Shown: positions 1 through 9,997, counted from the stretch's first letter. The stretch: DNA of 64,000 bases from an uncultured bacterium (GCA_964607485.1 CAZSKP010000015.1:1-64000); one strand, 5' to 3'. The notes: generated by a model not told the origin, from the letters alone. Translations and numbers: made by a program.

Positions 1-2
1 AT

Positions 3-617
3 TTCCCACACACCGTTGAGTGGCTTGTCGTCCTCGACCGATTTGACGATGCATGAGGCGATGTCCTCGACCCAGATGGGTTGAAACCGTGTCTTTCCAT
101 CACCCACCACTGGAACAATTGGCGAATAGAGCATCGGCTTGAACGTGTTGAAGAACTTGTCTTCAGGACCGAAGACAAGCGATGGCCGGAGAATCACGTA
201 AGCGATTCCGCTCTCCTTGATGAGCTGTTCAGCCTTCCATTTGGTCCGGAAATATTCGCTCGCCGGCTGGTCCGACGTGCCCAGCGCGCTGATGTGGATG
301 AACCTCTTTACGCCCGCCCTCTTTGCCTCCTCCAGCAGATTCTGAACGCCCTGAACGTGAATGCGCTCGAACGTGGCTTCGCGAGCCTCGACGATTATGC
401 CGATGAAGTTGACGGCGACGTCGCAGCCGTCCATCTTTCCTCTCAGAGAAGTCGGGTCCGTGACGCTACCCTGTGCGTATTCCATCCGCTCAGGAGAGAG
501 GCCGCCCGCCAGACCAAGCCCCGAGTAGGAGAGCAGGCGGAGGCTGTGGCCTCCGTCGGCGAGCTTTCTGACACAGTGACTGCCGATGAAGCCTGTGCCC
601 CCCGCGACGAATATCAT
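3..617 (-). CDS. NAD(P)-dependent epimerase/dehydratase, complex I NDUFA9-like SDR (runs off the window start)
   Basis: Not in the ORF track because it has no stop in the window. Minus-strand translation from ATG 617 is MIFVAGGTGFIGSH..., with a Rossmann GxxGxxG, YFRTKWKAE (YxxxK), LRPSLVFGPED and FQPIWVEDIA. SD AAGGAGG lies upstream. Confidence 0.9.
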   Translation of the reverse strand, partial: MIFVAGGTGFIGSHCVRKLADGGHSLRLLSYSGLGLAGGLSPERMEYAQGSVTDPTSLRGKMDGCDVAVNFIGIIVEAREATFERIHVQGVQNLLEEAKRAGVKRFIHISALGTSDQPASEYFRTKWKAEQLIKESGIAYVILRPSLVFGPEDKFFNTFKPMLYSPIVPVVGDGKTRFQPIWVEDIASCIVKSVEDDKPLNGVWE

Positions 618-651
618 GCGAATCCCTCCTTGCCGACTGGAGAGGGGGAAG

Positions 652-1701
652 CTAGCGTCCCATGAAAAGCTTCACTTCTTCGAGGCGGGCCTTGTCCACC
701 TTCTTTATCTTGCCGACGGCTTCGGCGATGGGCACGCTCACTATCTCCGTCCCTCTCAAGGAGGCCATTTCGCCAAATTTGCCATCGACGATAAGCTGCA
801 CGGCCTTCACGCCCAGACGCGTGCCGGTCATCCTGTCAAACGCCGTCGGCGCGCCGCCCCTCTGCACGTGGCCGAGCACAACCGAACGGGTCTCTTGTCC
901 CGTATTCTTCTCTATGACCTTGGCCAGTCGTTTCGCAATGCCGCCCAGCTTGACGTGGCCGAACTCGTCAACCTTATCATCCTGTGTGATGAATTCACGC
1001 GTATCGGACGGTATCGCGCCTTCCGACACGGCCACGATGGTATAGTTGTAGCCGGCTTTCCGGCGTTCCTTCACCACGTCGCAAATCTCCTTGGGGTCGA
1101 ATTTTTCCTCGGGTAAGAGTATGATGTGAGCGCCGCCCGCCATGCCGGCGTTCAGCGTGAGCCACCCCGAGTAGCGTCCCATGATCTCGACGACCATCAC
1201 TCGGTCGTGCGATTTCGCGGTTGTGTGCAGCCGGTCAAGCGCTTCGGTGGCGATGTTTATGGCCGTGTCGAAACCGAACGTGTAGTCGGTAGCGGAGAGG
1301 TCGTTGTCGATGGTCTTGGGCACACCGACAATCTTGACGCCGGCTTCGTGCAATTTCTGGGCGACGCCGAGCGTGTCGTCTCCTCCGATGGCGATGAGCG
1401 CGTCGCAGCCGAATTTCTCGAGGTTCTTCTTTATCTGTTCCATTCCGTCGGGATATTTTGCCGGATTCGTTCTTGAACTCAGCAGAATCGTGCCGCCGGT
1501 ACGGTGGATGTCGTCCACATCCGTCAGCGAAAGGGGTCTCGCCTCGCCTTCGCCCAGCAGCCCGGCCCATCCGCGCAGGATGCCAACCACACTGATGCCG
1601 TGCTTATTGGCGGTTACCACGATTGCCCGCACCACCGCATTCAGGCCCGGCGCGTCGCCGCCGCCCGTCAAGACTCCTACCTGTTTCACACTCATAATCA
1701 A
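652..1701 (-). CDS. pfkA: 6-phosphofructokinase (short group III type, probably PPi-dependent)
   Basis: TGGGDAPGLN, GGTIL-SSRTNP, IGGDDT, PKTIDND, EIMGR and LGHVQRGG motifs. The start may be ATG 1695. Confidence 0.93.
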   Translation of the reverse strand: MIMSVKQVGVLTGGGDAPGLNAVVRAIVVTANKHGISVVGILRGWAGLLGEGEARPLSLTDVDDIHRTGGTILLSSRTNPAKYPDGMEQIKKNLEKFGCDALIAIGGDDTLGVAQKLHEAGVKIVGVPKTIDNDLSATDYTFGFDTAINIATEALDRLHTTAKSHDRVMVVEIMGRYSGWLTLNAGMAGGAHIILLPEEKFDPKEICDVVKERRKAGYNYTIVAVSEGAIPSDTREFITQDDKVDEFGHVKLGGIAKRLAKVIEKNTGQETRSVVLGHVQRGGAPTAFDRMTGTRLGVKAVQLIVDGKFGEMASLRGTEIVSVPIAEAVGKIKKVDKARLEEVKLFMGR

Positions 1702-1832
1702 TTCCCCCTAATATGAGATTTGATTTGTACTAAGACTCAACACGGAGCGCCTCTCAATGTCTGCGTCCGCAAGCACCGGCCATAATATTAACACAGCAAT
1801 TGGTCTTTATCAAGCGTCTATTGTGGGCCTAG

Positions 1833-1860
1833 CCCTGATGCTCCTGCCCCCTGATGCTCC
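1833..1860. repeat. Perfect 12-bp direct repeat CCCTGATGCTCC (16-bp period) in the divergent pfk/activator intergenic region
   Basis: Copies at 1833-1844 and 1849-1860, read directly. Confidence 0.7.
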
Positions 1861-1937
1861 GACCAGCTTGGTTTGCGCTCGCCGACGCGCGGGTGGTATC
1901 ATAGTATCGGCCCGCATCTGAACGGAGAAGACACGAA

Positions 1938-3326
1938 ATGCGCGAGGAGCAGTCAAACACCGATTTTTCGCCTTACTTTCTCAGATTGGCCGAAAATCTG
2001 AGGTCGATCTTCGACAGCCTTTACGACGGCATCATCACCGTGGACACGGCCGGAAGAATCCAGCAGTTTAACAAATCCGCGGAAAAGATAACCGGCTTCA
2101 CGGCAGATGAGGCGCTGGAAGGGCCGCTTCACAAAGTGCTCAGTTCCCGCAAGGAGGCGGGTCTCACCGAGAAGATAGTCGAGGCCATCCGCCAAGGCCA
2201 CCGTATCGAAGACTATGAGGTTGAAATAACGACCAAGGACGGGCGGCTCAAAACCATCAACATCACGAGCACGGTTCTCTCCGGGCTATATGGAGAAGAG
2301 CCTCCCGGCGCAGTCATCAGCATTGCAGACGTGACCGAAATCTACAGCCTGAAGCAGGAACTGCGGGGAAGATACAAGCTCGACCAAATCATAGGCAAGA
2401 ACTACCTGATGCAGCAGGTGTACAACAGAATTCTGCTCACGGCCGACAGCGATTCGACCGTGCTCATCCACGGTGAGAGCGGCACCGGCAAGGAACTCGT
2501 CGCGCATGCCATACACTATCACAGCCACCGCTCGGACGGTACGTTCATCAAGGTGAACTGCTCGGCGCTCGCCGAGACATTGCTCGAAAGCGAACTTTTC
2601 GGGCATGCAAAAGGCTCCTTCACGGGAGCGCTGTACGATAAGATAGGCCGCTTCGAGGCGGCCAGCGGCGGCACCATTTTCCTCGACGAAGTAGGCGATT
2701 TCAGCCCCTTCATCCAACTGAAATTGCTGCGCGTGCTCCAGGAAAAAGAGTTCGAGCGCGTGGGCGAAACCGTCTCGCGCAAGGTGGACGTCAGGATAAT
2801 AGCCGCGACGAGCCGCAACCTCATGGAACTGGTGCAGGACGGCCGTTTCCGTCCCGACCTGTATTACCGCCTGCGGGTGATTCCGATCTATCTCCCCCCT
2901 CTGCGCGAGAGAAAAGACGACCTTCCGCTCCTCATCAACCATTTCATCGACCAACTGAACAGGAGGATGGGCAAGAGAATCCGGGGCGTGAGCGAATATG
3001 CCATGAGCGCTCTGTGGAGTTATGAATGGCCGGGCAACATACGCGAACTCGAGCACGCCATCGAACATGCGATGGTCCTATCGCGCGGCCAGATGATCGA
3101 GTTCTCCGAACTCCCCATGGAAACAAAGAGGGGCAAGGAGTCGGAGTCGTCTCCGGATGTCAAGAAGCTTTTTCGACGCAACAGCCGCACCAACGCGGAG
3201 GCCGAGCGCTCCATGATAGAGCAGGCGCTCGCCGACGCCTCGGGCAATCGCACCCGCGCCGCCAGGATTCTCGGTATGAGCCGCACGACGCTGTGGCGGA
3301 AGATGAAGGCCCACTCAATAGACTGA
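1938..3326 (+). CDS. Sigma-54-dependent transcriptional activator (PAS + AAA+ + Fis-type HTH)
   Basis: N-terminal PAS (FNKSAEKITG), GESGTGKE, ESELFGH-KGSFTGA, FLDEVG, FRPDLYYRL, WPGNIREL, and C-terminal GNRTRAARILGMSRTTLWRKM. Confidence 0.95.
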   Translation: MREEQSNTDFSPYFLRLAENLRSIFDSLYDGIITVDTAGRIQQFNKSAEKITGFTADEALEGPLHKVLSSRKEAGLTEKIVEAIRQGHRIEDYEVEITTKDGRLKTINITSTVLSGLYGEEPPGAVISIADVTEIYSLKQELRGRYKLDQIIGKNYLMQQVYNRILLTADSDSTVLIHGESGTGKELVAHAIHYHSHRSDGTFIKVNCSALAETLLESELFGHAKGSFTGALYDKIGRFEAASGGTIFLDEVGDFSPFIQLKLLRVLQEKEFERVGETVSRKVDVRIIAATSRNLMELVQDGRFRPDLYYRLRVIPIYLPPLRERKDDLPLLINHFIDQLNRRMGKRIRGVSEYAMSALWSYEWPGNIRELEHAIEHAMVLSRGQMIEFSELPMETKRGKESESSPDVKKLFRRNSRTNAEAERSMIEQALADASGNRTRAARILGMSRTTLWRKMKAHSID

Positions 3327-3378
3327 GACCGACGCTGTTCTTCGAAATTCCACCAATCCCAACGCCCCACGGCGGGTT

Positions 3379-3762
3379 TCACGCGACGGCGATTGCCTCG
3401 ATTTCCACATCTATCGATTCTATCGGAGAGAGCGCCTGCACGGTAACTCGCGCCGGCTCCTGGCCCGGCGGGAAGTATTCGCGATACACCTCGTTCATCT
3501 CGTCGAAGTCCTTCACATCCCTAAGATAGACGACGACCTTCACAACGTCTTCCATTTTGCCGCCGGACGATTCTATGAGGAGTTTCATATTCTCCAAAGC
3601 TCTCCGCGTTTGCTCGGAAATGCCACCCGGTAGAATTTCACCCGTCTTGAGGTCTGCCGACAACTGACTTGTGAGGAACAAGAACCCACTCGCCTTGACA
3701 ACGTGATTGAATGGACCGGTCGGGCGCGCGAGGCTTCCGAAATCAAGGACCTCCTTTTTCAT
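3379..3762 (-). CDS. RidA/YjgF/UK114 family protein
   Basis: QTRRALENMK, VVKVVVYL, MNEVYREYF-PARVTV and VEIEAIA motifs. SD AAGGAG upstream. Confidence 0.9.
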   Translation of the reverse strand: MKKEVLDFGSLARPTGPFNHVVKASGFLFLTSQLSADLKTGEILPGGISEQTRRALENMKLLIESSGGKMEDVVKVVVYLRDVKDFDEMNEVYREYFPPGQEPARVTVQALSPIESIDVEIEAIAVA

Positions 3763-3843
3763 CCATATCTCCTTCTTAAATAGGAACAGACCCTTTTCTT
3801 TTCCCGGGGAGAGTTTGCGGTGAGTGCGTGCGCCGAATGCTCT

Positions 3844-4992
3844 TTACGCGAACATCGCGATGAAAAGGCCCGCCGCCGCGGCGGTTCCGATGACGCCCGC
3901 GAGGTTCGGACCCATTGCATGCAGAAGCAGGTAGTTCTCCGGGTCCTCCTCGAGGCCCACCATCTGCGAGACGCGCGCGGCCATGGGAACGGCGGAAACG
4001 CCTGCGGAGCCGATGAGCGGATTGAGCTTGTCTTTCAGGAAGAGGTTCATCGCCTTCACGGTCAGGATGCCGCCCATTGTGCAGACCGCGAAGTCGGCCA
4101 GCCCGAAGGTGAAGATAACGAGCGGTTTCGTGCTGAGAAACTTTTCGGCGCTCATGGTCGCGCCGACCGAGAGTCCGAGAAAGATGGTAACGATGTTCAT
4201 GAGCGAGCCCTGCGCCGTGTCGCTCAGGCGTCTGACCACGCCGCTTTCGCGCATGAAATTGCCGAGCATCAGCATTCCCATCAGCGGCATGATGGCGGGA
4301 ATCAACAGCGCTATCAGAGCTGTCCCCAGGAGCGGGAAGAGCAGCTTCTCTTTCTGCGAAACCGGCCTGAGCTGACGCATCGCAATGCGGCGCTCCTTTT
4401 TCGATGTCAGCAGGCGAATTATCGGCGGCTGGATGATTGGGACCATTGCCATGTACGAGTAGGCGGCCAGCGCGTTCGGGCCGAGCAAATGAGGGGCAAG
4501 GGCGCTCGTGAGATAGATGGTCGTCGGGCCGTCGGCGCCGCCGATTATACCCACGGATGCCGCCTCCTTCATCGTGAACCCGAATATCAGCGTGGCTGAG
4601 AACGTGATGAACACCCCAAGCTGAGAGCCGGCGCCCACGAGCAACGTCTTTGGGTTGGCGATCAGTGGGCCGAAGTCGGTCAGCGCTCCCAACCCGAGGA
4701 ATATGACGCAGGGGATGACCTCCCAGCCGATGCCGAAGTCATAGAAGATTTGCCACAGGTGCCTGTCTCCCGTTACCGGGTCAACGCCCATGAGCGGCGT
4801 CAGCGGGAAATTGACCATAAAAATCCCAAAGCCGATGGGGAGGAGCAGGAGCGGCTCGTATTTCTTCACAACCGCCAGATACATGAACAGCAGCCCTATC
4901 GCCCACATGACCAAGTGCCCCCATTTCAGGCTGAATATGCCCGTCTGAAGGGCGATGGTGTTCAGGACATCGAAGAATTCCTTTGATGACAT
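3844..4992 (-). CDS. oadB: Sodium ion-translocating decarboxylase beta subunit (OadB/GcdB/MmdB)
   Basis: YEPLLLLPIGFG, TDFGPLIANP, IIGGADGPT, AAYSYMAMVP, GVSAVPMAAR and HAMGPN signatures. Confidence 0.95.
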   Translation of the reverse strand: MSSKEFFDVLNTIALQTGIFSLKWGHLVMWAIGLLFMYLAVVKKYEPLLLLPIGFGIFMVNFPLTPLMGVDPVTGDRHLWQIFYDFGIGWEVIPCVIFLGLGALTDFGPLIANPKTLLVGAGSQLGVFITFSATLIFGFTMKEAASVGIIGGADGPTTIYLTSALAPHLLGPNALAAYSYMAMVPIIQPPIIRLLTSKKERRIAMRQLRPVSQKEKLLFPLLGTALIALLIPAIMPLMGMLMLGNFMRESGVVRRLSDTAQGSLMNIVTIFLGLSVGATMSAEKFLSTKPLVIFTFGLADFAVCTMGGILTVKAMNLFLKDKLNPLIGSAGVSAVPMAARVSQMVGLEEDPENYLLLHAMGPNLAGVIGTAAAAGLFIAMFA

Positions 4993-5085
4993 CTTATAAT
5001 TTTCCTTTTCTCAGGAACCGAATTTCAAGGGAAGCTGTGCGAACGGCAATAAGAGCGGAACGGCTCGACTTATTGGGATTATATT

Positions 5086-5598
5086 TTATTTGGGCCGGTC
5101 CGAAATGTCAAGCGCGGCCAAGGCGGTTCGCAGCTTTTCCGCGTTTACGGAAAAATCGTCGATGGCGGCCTTTTTCGAGTCCTCGATGTATTGCGTGTCC
5201 TCCGTCGTCAGGCGGCCTGCCCGAAAACACTCTTCGACCTCATCCGCATCGAGGACGATGTGCCTGCCGTCGGGGAAAAACCATATGTCGAGCAGCATGT
5301 CGAGATAGCTCAGCGAACCGTCTGAAATCGACACATCCCTGCAGATGTGCACCAGGTATCCCAGCAGCTCTTTCTCCGGCGAGAAGATTCCCCAGAAAAC
5401 ATAGGGGCGCGTTTCCCAATAGAGGGCGATGGTCACGCAGCCGGGGGGAAACGTTATGCCAAGCTTCGCGCTTGCGAACGTGCGGTCGCTGACGTACCGA
5501 AGAACGGCGTGGCCGGGCTCGCTGACCAACAGCTCACACTCATATCGCTCCGTCGGCTTGTTCACATGGCGTTTTATTTCGGTGAATGTTCTGTTCAT
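5086..5598 (-). CDS. DUF402 family protein
   Basis: YLDMLLDIW...VLDADE acidic motif typical of DUF402. Alternative start ATG 5622. Confidence 0.7.
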   Translation of the reverse strand: MNRTFTEIKRHVNKPTERYECELLVSEPGHAVLRYVSDRTFASAKLGITFPPGCVTIALYWETRPYVFWGIFSPEKELLGYLVHICRDVSISDGSLSYLDMLLDIWFFPDGRHIVLDADEVEECFRAGRLTTEDTQYIEDSKKAAIDDFSVNAEKLRTALAALDISDRPK

Positions 5599-5611
5599 GG
5601 TCGCCAAGAGA

Positions 5612-7042
5612 CTAGGGGACATCCAACACGATTGACTGATAAAAGTTCTTCATCTTCCAGGAAAGCGGAACCCCCTGGGGATAATTGGCCACGAAGTACG
5701 GGACCTTGACGTACGGATTCTGCTGGTCGAACCTGGCATAGTAACTGTTTATTATCACGTAGCAGTTCGCGAGCTGGTCGGCGGAGCGGACGTCATACAG
5801 GTTGTGGAACCGGTCGGGCTTTAGCTTGAAGCCCGACGTTATCCTCAGTATGGCCGTCGTGCGAAGGTCGGCATAGATGGGCTTCGGCGGCATCGTTCTC
5901 AAATACTCCTCCACCTTTCGCATGTTCCCGCCGCAAAGCTCGGGGGTCATGTTGGACGAGTATGAATACGGTTTCAGCAGGTACAGAGAAGTTCCCAGCA
6001 CCGCGACCACCACGGCCGAGCGATACCACCCCCGCAGCTGCATGAGCGCCCATGCGGCCAGCAGCATCAAGGGCACTGTGGCGAAGTTGAGGAACTTGCG
6101 CACTTTCACAATCGGAATAAGAGGGTGAAGACTCACGACGCCGAATTGCAGAATCAAGAGGATGGTTCCGGCCCACGCCAGAAGTATGAGCGCGCCGCGC
6201 TCGCGCTTGACGGCGCCGAGGATCATTGCGGGCACAAAGAGGAAGAAATACGGGCCGAAAACGGTCAAGTTCTGGAATACGACCGTCGGGTAGTACCACT
6301 GGCTGGTCGAACATTCGCCCGAGGTGTTGACGGCGATGGCCGCCTTCGCGTTCAGCCGAAAATTGTGCAGCGGGCTCAGCCCGTTCATAACATAATACAG
6401 GCTTTCTGAGAAGACAACCGCCAGAAACCCGGCCACGAACAACAGATGCGAGGACCTCAGTTTCTTCTCGAAGAAAGCGGTGTAGATGAGCAGAAAGGGG
6501 ATGAGAATAACCGCCATCGAACGGCAGGAGTATGCTATCGCCAGCAGCAGACCCGACAAGAAAAAGAGCGCAGGCCTGTATCTCTCGCTTCGGCCCGCCC
6601 GGATGAAGGCGAGAACCGATGCGGCCATCAGGAAGGAAAGCGGAATGTCGGGAAGTATCAACCCGGAATAGTGAATGTCAAGAGGATAGAACGCCAGGAG
6701 CAGGGCTGCGAGCAATCCGGTCCGTGCGTTGAGCACGGACTTGCCCAGGAAGAAGCACACCACCACCGCTCCGAGCGCGCTCAACATCGGCCAGAGCGCC
6801 GCCGAGAACTCGTTCGTCCCGAACAGCTCGTACGATGCAGCGATGGGCAGGAGCATGCCGTAGCGGGTCATCCAGTAGTTGCCGGACGGGTGGTAGGTTC
6901 CCTCGTATATCTGGTACGCGGCAAGGTAATAGTCGTGGTCGTCGCTGCCGATGGGCCCGGTGTAGAATGCAAGGCGCAGCCCGAGCGCCAGGAGTACAAT
7001 CAAGCAGAGAATAACGGCGTCTGCGTATCTCGGCCGCCTCAA
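5612..7042 (-). CDS. GT-C membrane glycosyltransferase (ArnT/PMT family 39-like)
   Basis: Polytopic membrane protein with LRL...SDD-DYY in the first loop and LFGTNEFSA; TTG start. Confidence 0.8.
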   Translation of the reverse strand: MRRPRYADAVILCLIVLLALGLRLAFYTGPIGSDDHDYYLAAYQIYEGTYHPSGNYWMTRYGMLLPIAASYELFGTNEFSAALWPMLSALGAVVVCFFLGKSVLNARTGLLAALLLAFYPLDIHYSGLILPDIPLSFLMAASVLAFIRAGRSERYRPALFFLSGLLLAIAYSCRSMAVILIPFLLIYTAFFEKKLRSSHLLFVAGFLAVVFSESLYYVMNGLSPLHNFRLNAKAAIAVNTSGECSTSQWYYPTVVFQNLTVFGPYFFLFVPAMILGAVKRERGALILLAWAGTILLILQFGVVSLHPLIPIVKVRKFLNFATVPLMLLAAWALMQLRGWYRSAVVVAVLGTSLYLLKPYSYSSNMTPELCGGNMRKVEEYLRTMPPKPIYADLRTTAILRITSGFKLKPDRFHNLYDVRSADQLANCYVIINSYYARFDQQNPYVKVPYFVANYPQGVPLSWKMKNFYQSIVLDVP

Positions 7043-7052
7043 TTGGCGCTCC

Positions 7053-8336
7053 TCACATGCTCGTGGCTTTTCGCGTTACCTTGATGGCGCAGAACTCGCC
7101 GCACATCGTGCAAACTTCACTGTCCGCCGGACGACTGCTCTCGCGCAGCGCGCGCGCCTTCTCCGGGTCTATCGCGAGCGCGATCTGGCCTTCCCAATCG
7201 AGCTTCTTCCGACATCGGGCCATGGCATTGTCGCGTTCGATAGCGCCGGGAACGCCCCGCGCGACATCGGCGGCATGGGCGGCTATGCGGGATGCTATGA
7301 CGCCTTCTCTTACGTCCTCCACGGTGGGAAGCCTCAGGTGTTCGGACGGCGTGACGTAGCACAGGAAGTCTGCGCCCGCCAACGCAGCCAGCGCTCCGCC
7401 TATGGCGGCGGTGATGTGGTCGTATCCGGGCGCGATGTCTGTGACGAGCGGGCCGAGCACATAGAACGGCGCGCCCCGACAGAGCCTTTTCTGGAGGACC
7501 ATGTTGGCCTCTATCTGGTCGAGGGGAACGTGGCCGGGCCCCTCGCACATCACCTGCACCCCGGCCTCCCAACAGCGCTCGACGAGTTCCCCTTGCAGAA
7601 TCAGCTCTTGAACCTGCCCTCTGTCGGTCGCGTCGGCGAGACATCCCGGGCGCATCCCGTCGCCCAGGCTGAGCGACATGTCGTACTTTTTGGCGATGGA
7701 GAGCAATCGGTCGAAATGCTCGTACAGGGGGTTCTCCTTCTTGTTGAAGGCCATCCACTCGAGCATCAGCGCACCGCCCCGGCTGACGATGTCGAGTATG
7801 CGCGCGTGTTTCTTCAGCCGGGCGACCGACTCCTGCGTGACGGTGCAGTGCACCGTAACGAAGTCCACGCCCGCGCTCGCATGTTGTTCGATGGTTTCGA
7901 AAATCTCGTCGGCTTCGAGTTCGACGAAGGATTTTCCCCGCTGCCTGGCATACAAAGCGGCTTGGTAAATCGGAACGGTTCCCACGGGGACGGTGGAGCG
8001 CGCGAGCACCTCGCCGAGCACGTCGGCCACCGGGCCGCCCACGCTCAGGTCCATAACCGTGTCGGCGCCCGCTGCAATTGCGACCTCGAGCTTCTGCATG
8101 TCCTCCTTGATGTCCGCGTGGTCGCCTGAGGTGCCGATGTTGGCGTTGACCTTTGTCCTGAGGCCTTTGCCGATTGCCAGCGTATCAGCGTTCGGATGGC
8201 GATTGTTACGCGTGATGATAATGCTGCCCTCGGCGATTCCCTGCTTTATGTATTCGGGAGAACGCCTTTCGGCTTCGGCCACCTGTTCCATTTCTGTCGT
8301 GATGACGCCCTGTCTGGCTTTCAAAAGCTGAGTCAT
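7053..8336 (-). CDS. thiC: Phosphomethylpyrimidine synthase ThiC
   Basis: MTQLLKARQG start, TKVNANIGTS, ADTVMDLS, SRGG, LGDGMRPG, EGPGH, PGYDHIT, CYVTPSEHL and CTMCGEFC. The 634-aa ORF in the track over-extends upstream. Confidence 0.97.
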   Translation of the reverse strand: MTQLLKARQGVITTEMEQVAEAERRSPEYIKQGIAEGSIIITRNNRHPNADTLAIGKGLRTKVNANIGTSGDHADIKEDMQKLEVAIAAGADTVMDLSVGGPVADVLGEVLARSTVPVGTVPIYQAALYARQRGKSFVELEADEIFETIEQHASAGVDFVTVHCTVTQESVARLKKHARILDIVSRGGALMLEWMAFNKKENPLYEHFDRLLSIAKKYDMSLSLGDGMRPGCLADATDRGQVQELILQGELVERCWEAGVQVMCEGPGHVPLDQIEANMVLQKRLCRGAPFYVLGPLVTDIAPGYDHITAAIGGALAALAGADFLCYVTPSEHLRLPTVEDVREGVIASRIAAHAADVARGVPGAIERDNAMARCRKKLDWEGQIALAIDPEKARALRESSRPADSEVCTMCGEFCAIKVTRKATSM

Positions 8337-8341
8337 TCGAA

Positions 8342-9004
8342 TCAACCTTTCTTTTCCGCAAGTGTTCGGGCCGCGAGGGCTTCTCGCAGGCGTTTCACAA
8401 TTTCGGAGGCGGCCGCTTCGACATCGGGAGCGGACAGAACGGACGAAATCATCCCGATTCCCGCCGCGCCAGCTGATACTACCTCTTCGATCTCGGACGC
8501 TCCAATGCCGCCCAGCGGGAAGACGGGCAGTCTGACGGTTCCGCACACCGTGCGCAGCGACTCCACCCCGACGGGCGGGCCGTACCGCGCCTTCGACGGA
8601 GTATGATAGACTGGTCCATAGGTGATGAAATCGGCGCCCTTTTCCGCCGCCTCCATCGCTTCCGCGACGCTGTGAGTGGAAACACCTATGAGCATTCCCG
8701 GCCCGAGCACCTTCCGGCAGACATCGGCGGGCAGCCCATCCTGCGGCAAATGCACGCCGTCGGCTCCAATGGCGCGCGCCAGCGAGGCGTTGCCGTTGAC
8801 GAAAAGCTTCGCCTGGAATTCGGACGTCAAGCGGCGGAGTTCGGTGCCCAGCTCGAATCGCTCGCGCGTCGAGAGGTCCTTCTCGCGCAACTGGACCGCG
8901 CGCACGCCTCCACGCAGGGCTCGCTCCACCCCGGAGACCAGGTCGCCGCCCCCGCACTGATTCCGGTCGGTTATCAGGTATAGATCAAACTCAACTCGCG
9001 GCAA
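8342..9004 (-). CDS. thiE: Thiamine-phosphate synthase ThiE
   Basis: [34 protein letters not shown] and LGGI motifs; thi operon context. Confidence 0.9.
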   Translation of the reverse strand: MPRVEFDLYLITDRNQCGGGDLVSGVERALRGGVRAVQLREKDLSTRERFELGTELRRLTSEFQAKLFVNGNASLARAIGADGVHLPQDGLPADVCRKVLGPGMLIGVSTHSVAEAMEAAEKGADFITYGPVYHTPSKARYGPPVGVESLRTVCGTVRLPVFPLGGIGASEIEEVVSAGAAGIGMISSVLSAPDVEAAASEIVKRLREALAARTLAEKKG

Positions 9005-9770
9005 TGGCTCCCTCCAGCGGGCTGCTGGCCGTCGCGTATAGTTTGCGGGGGATGCGGCCCGCGAGGAACGCCTTCCGGCCCGAATCGACGGCCAGCCGCA
9101 TCGCCTCGGCCATCAACACGGGGTCCTTCGCGCCCGCGACCCCGGTGTTCATCAGCACGCCGTCCACGCCGAGCTCCATCGCGATTGCCGCGTCCGACGC
9201 CGTTCCGACGCCGGCGTCCACGATGACGGGCACCTTGGCGTTCTCGACGATTATCCGAATGTTGTAAGGGTTGCGCACCCCGAGCCCGGAGCCGATGGGC
9301 GCCGCCAGCGGCATGACCGCCGCGCATCCCACATCCTCCAGCTTCTTGCACATAATCGGGTCGTCGTTGGTGTAGGGCATGACGATGAAGCCCTCTTTGA
9401 CCAACACCCTGGCGGCTTCGAGGAGGCCCTGGTTGTCGGGAAACAGCGTCTTCTCGTCTCCGATGACCTCGAGCTTCACCATGTCGGAGAGGCCCGCCTC
9501 TCTTCCCAGACGCGCTGTCCTGATGGCGTCCTCGGCCGTGTAGCAGCCGGCCGTGTTGGGCAGGAGCGCGTATTTGTTCGCGTCGATGTAGTCCAGCAGC
9601 GACTCCTTGCTCCTGTCTGAGATGTTTATCCGGCGAACGGCGACAGTGACGATCTCGGCTCCGGACTTCTCGAGTGCCTCGCGCATGAGCTCGAATGTCG
9701 CGTACTTGCCCGTCCCGATCAGCAGGCGCGAGCGGAATTTGCGACCGGCGATAACAAGTTCATCTGTCAT
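8991..9770 (-). CDS. thiG: Thiazole synthase ThiG
   Basis: [34 protein letters not shown] and [10 protein letters not shown]. Confidence 0.97.
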   Translation of the reverse strand: MTDELVIAGRKFRSRLLIGTGKYATFELMREALEKSGAEIVTVAVRRINISDRSKESLLDYIDANKYALLPNTAGCYTAEDAIRTARLGREAGLSDMVKLEVIGDEKTLFPDNQGLLEAARVLVKEGFIVMPYTNDDPIMCKKLEDVGCAAVMPLAAPIGSGLGVRNPYNIRIIVENAKVPVIVDAGVGTASDAAIAMELGVDGVLMNTGVAGAKDPVLMAEAMRLAVDSGRKAFLAGRIPRKLYATASSPLEGAIAAS

Positions 9771-9997
9771 TATTCGTACCCCCAGACGTTATGATGGTTT
9801 CCTCCGCCAACGAAATGGACGACCTCGAGCTGGTCGCCTTCTTTGAGCGACGTCGTGGCATACTGCTCTTTCGGGAGAATGTTCAGGTTGAGCTCCACCG
9901 CGACGCGGGCTTCCTGAATTCCCAATCGCTCCAGCAAACCGGCGACCGTCAGGCCGTCGGGGCTCTCATACGACTCACCGTTCAACCGAATCCGCAT
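9770..9997 (-). CDS. thiS: Sulfur carrier protein ThiS (with C-terminal extension)
   Basis: MRIRLNGE...VAVELN...[14 protein letters not shown], followed by NHHNVWGYE. The stop overlaps the thiG start (TAATG). Confidence 0.92.
   Translation of the reverse strand: MRIRLNGESYESPDGLTVAGLLERLGIQEARVAVELNLNILPKEQYATTSLKEGDQLEVVHFVGGGNHHNVWGYE

Noticed and set aside
81-665. 194-aa plus-strand ORF
   Set aside because: It is the antisense shadow of the minus-strand SDR gene (3-617), which has clear motifs and an RBS.
8337-8957. Apparent N-terminal extension of ThiC (634-aa ORF)
   Set aside because: It overlaps thiE in another frame; ThiC homology starts at ATG 8336.
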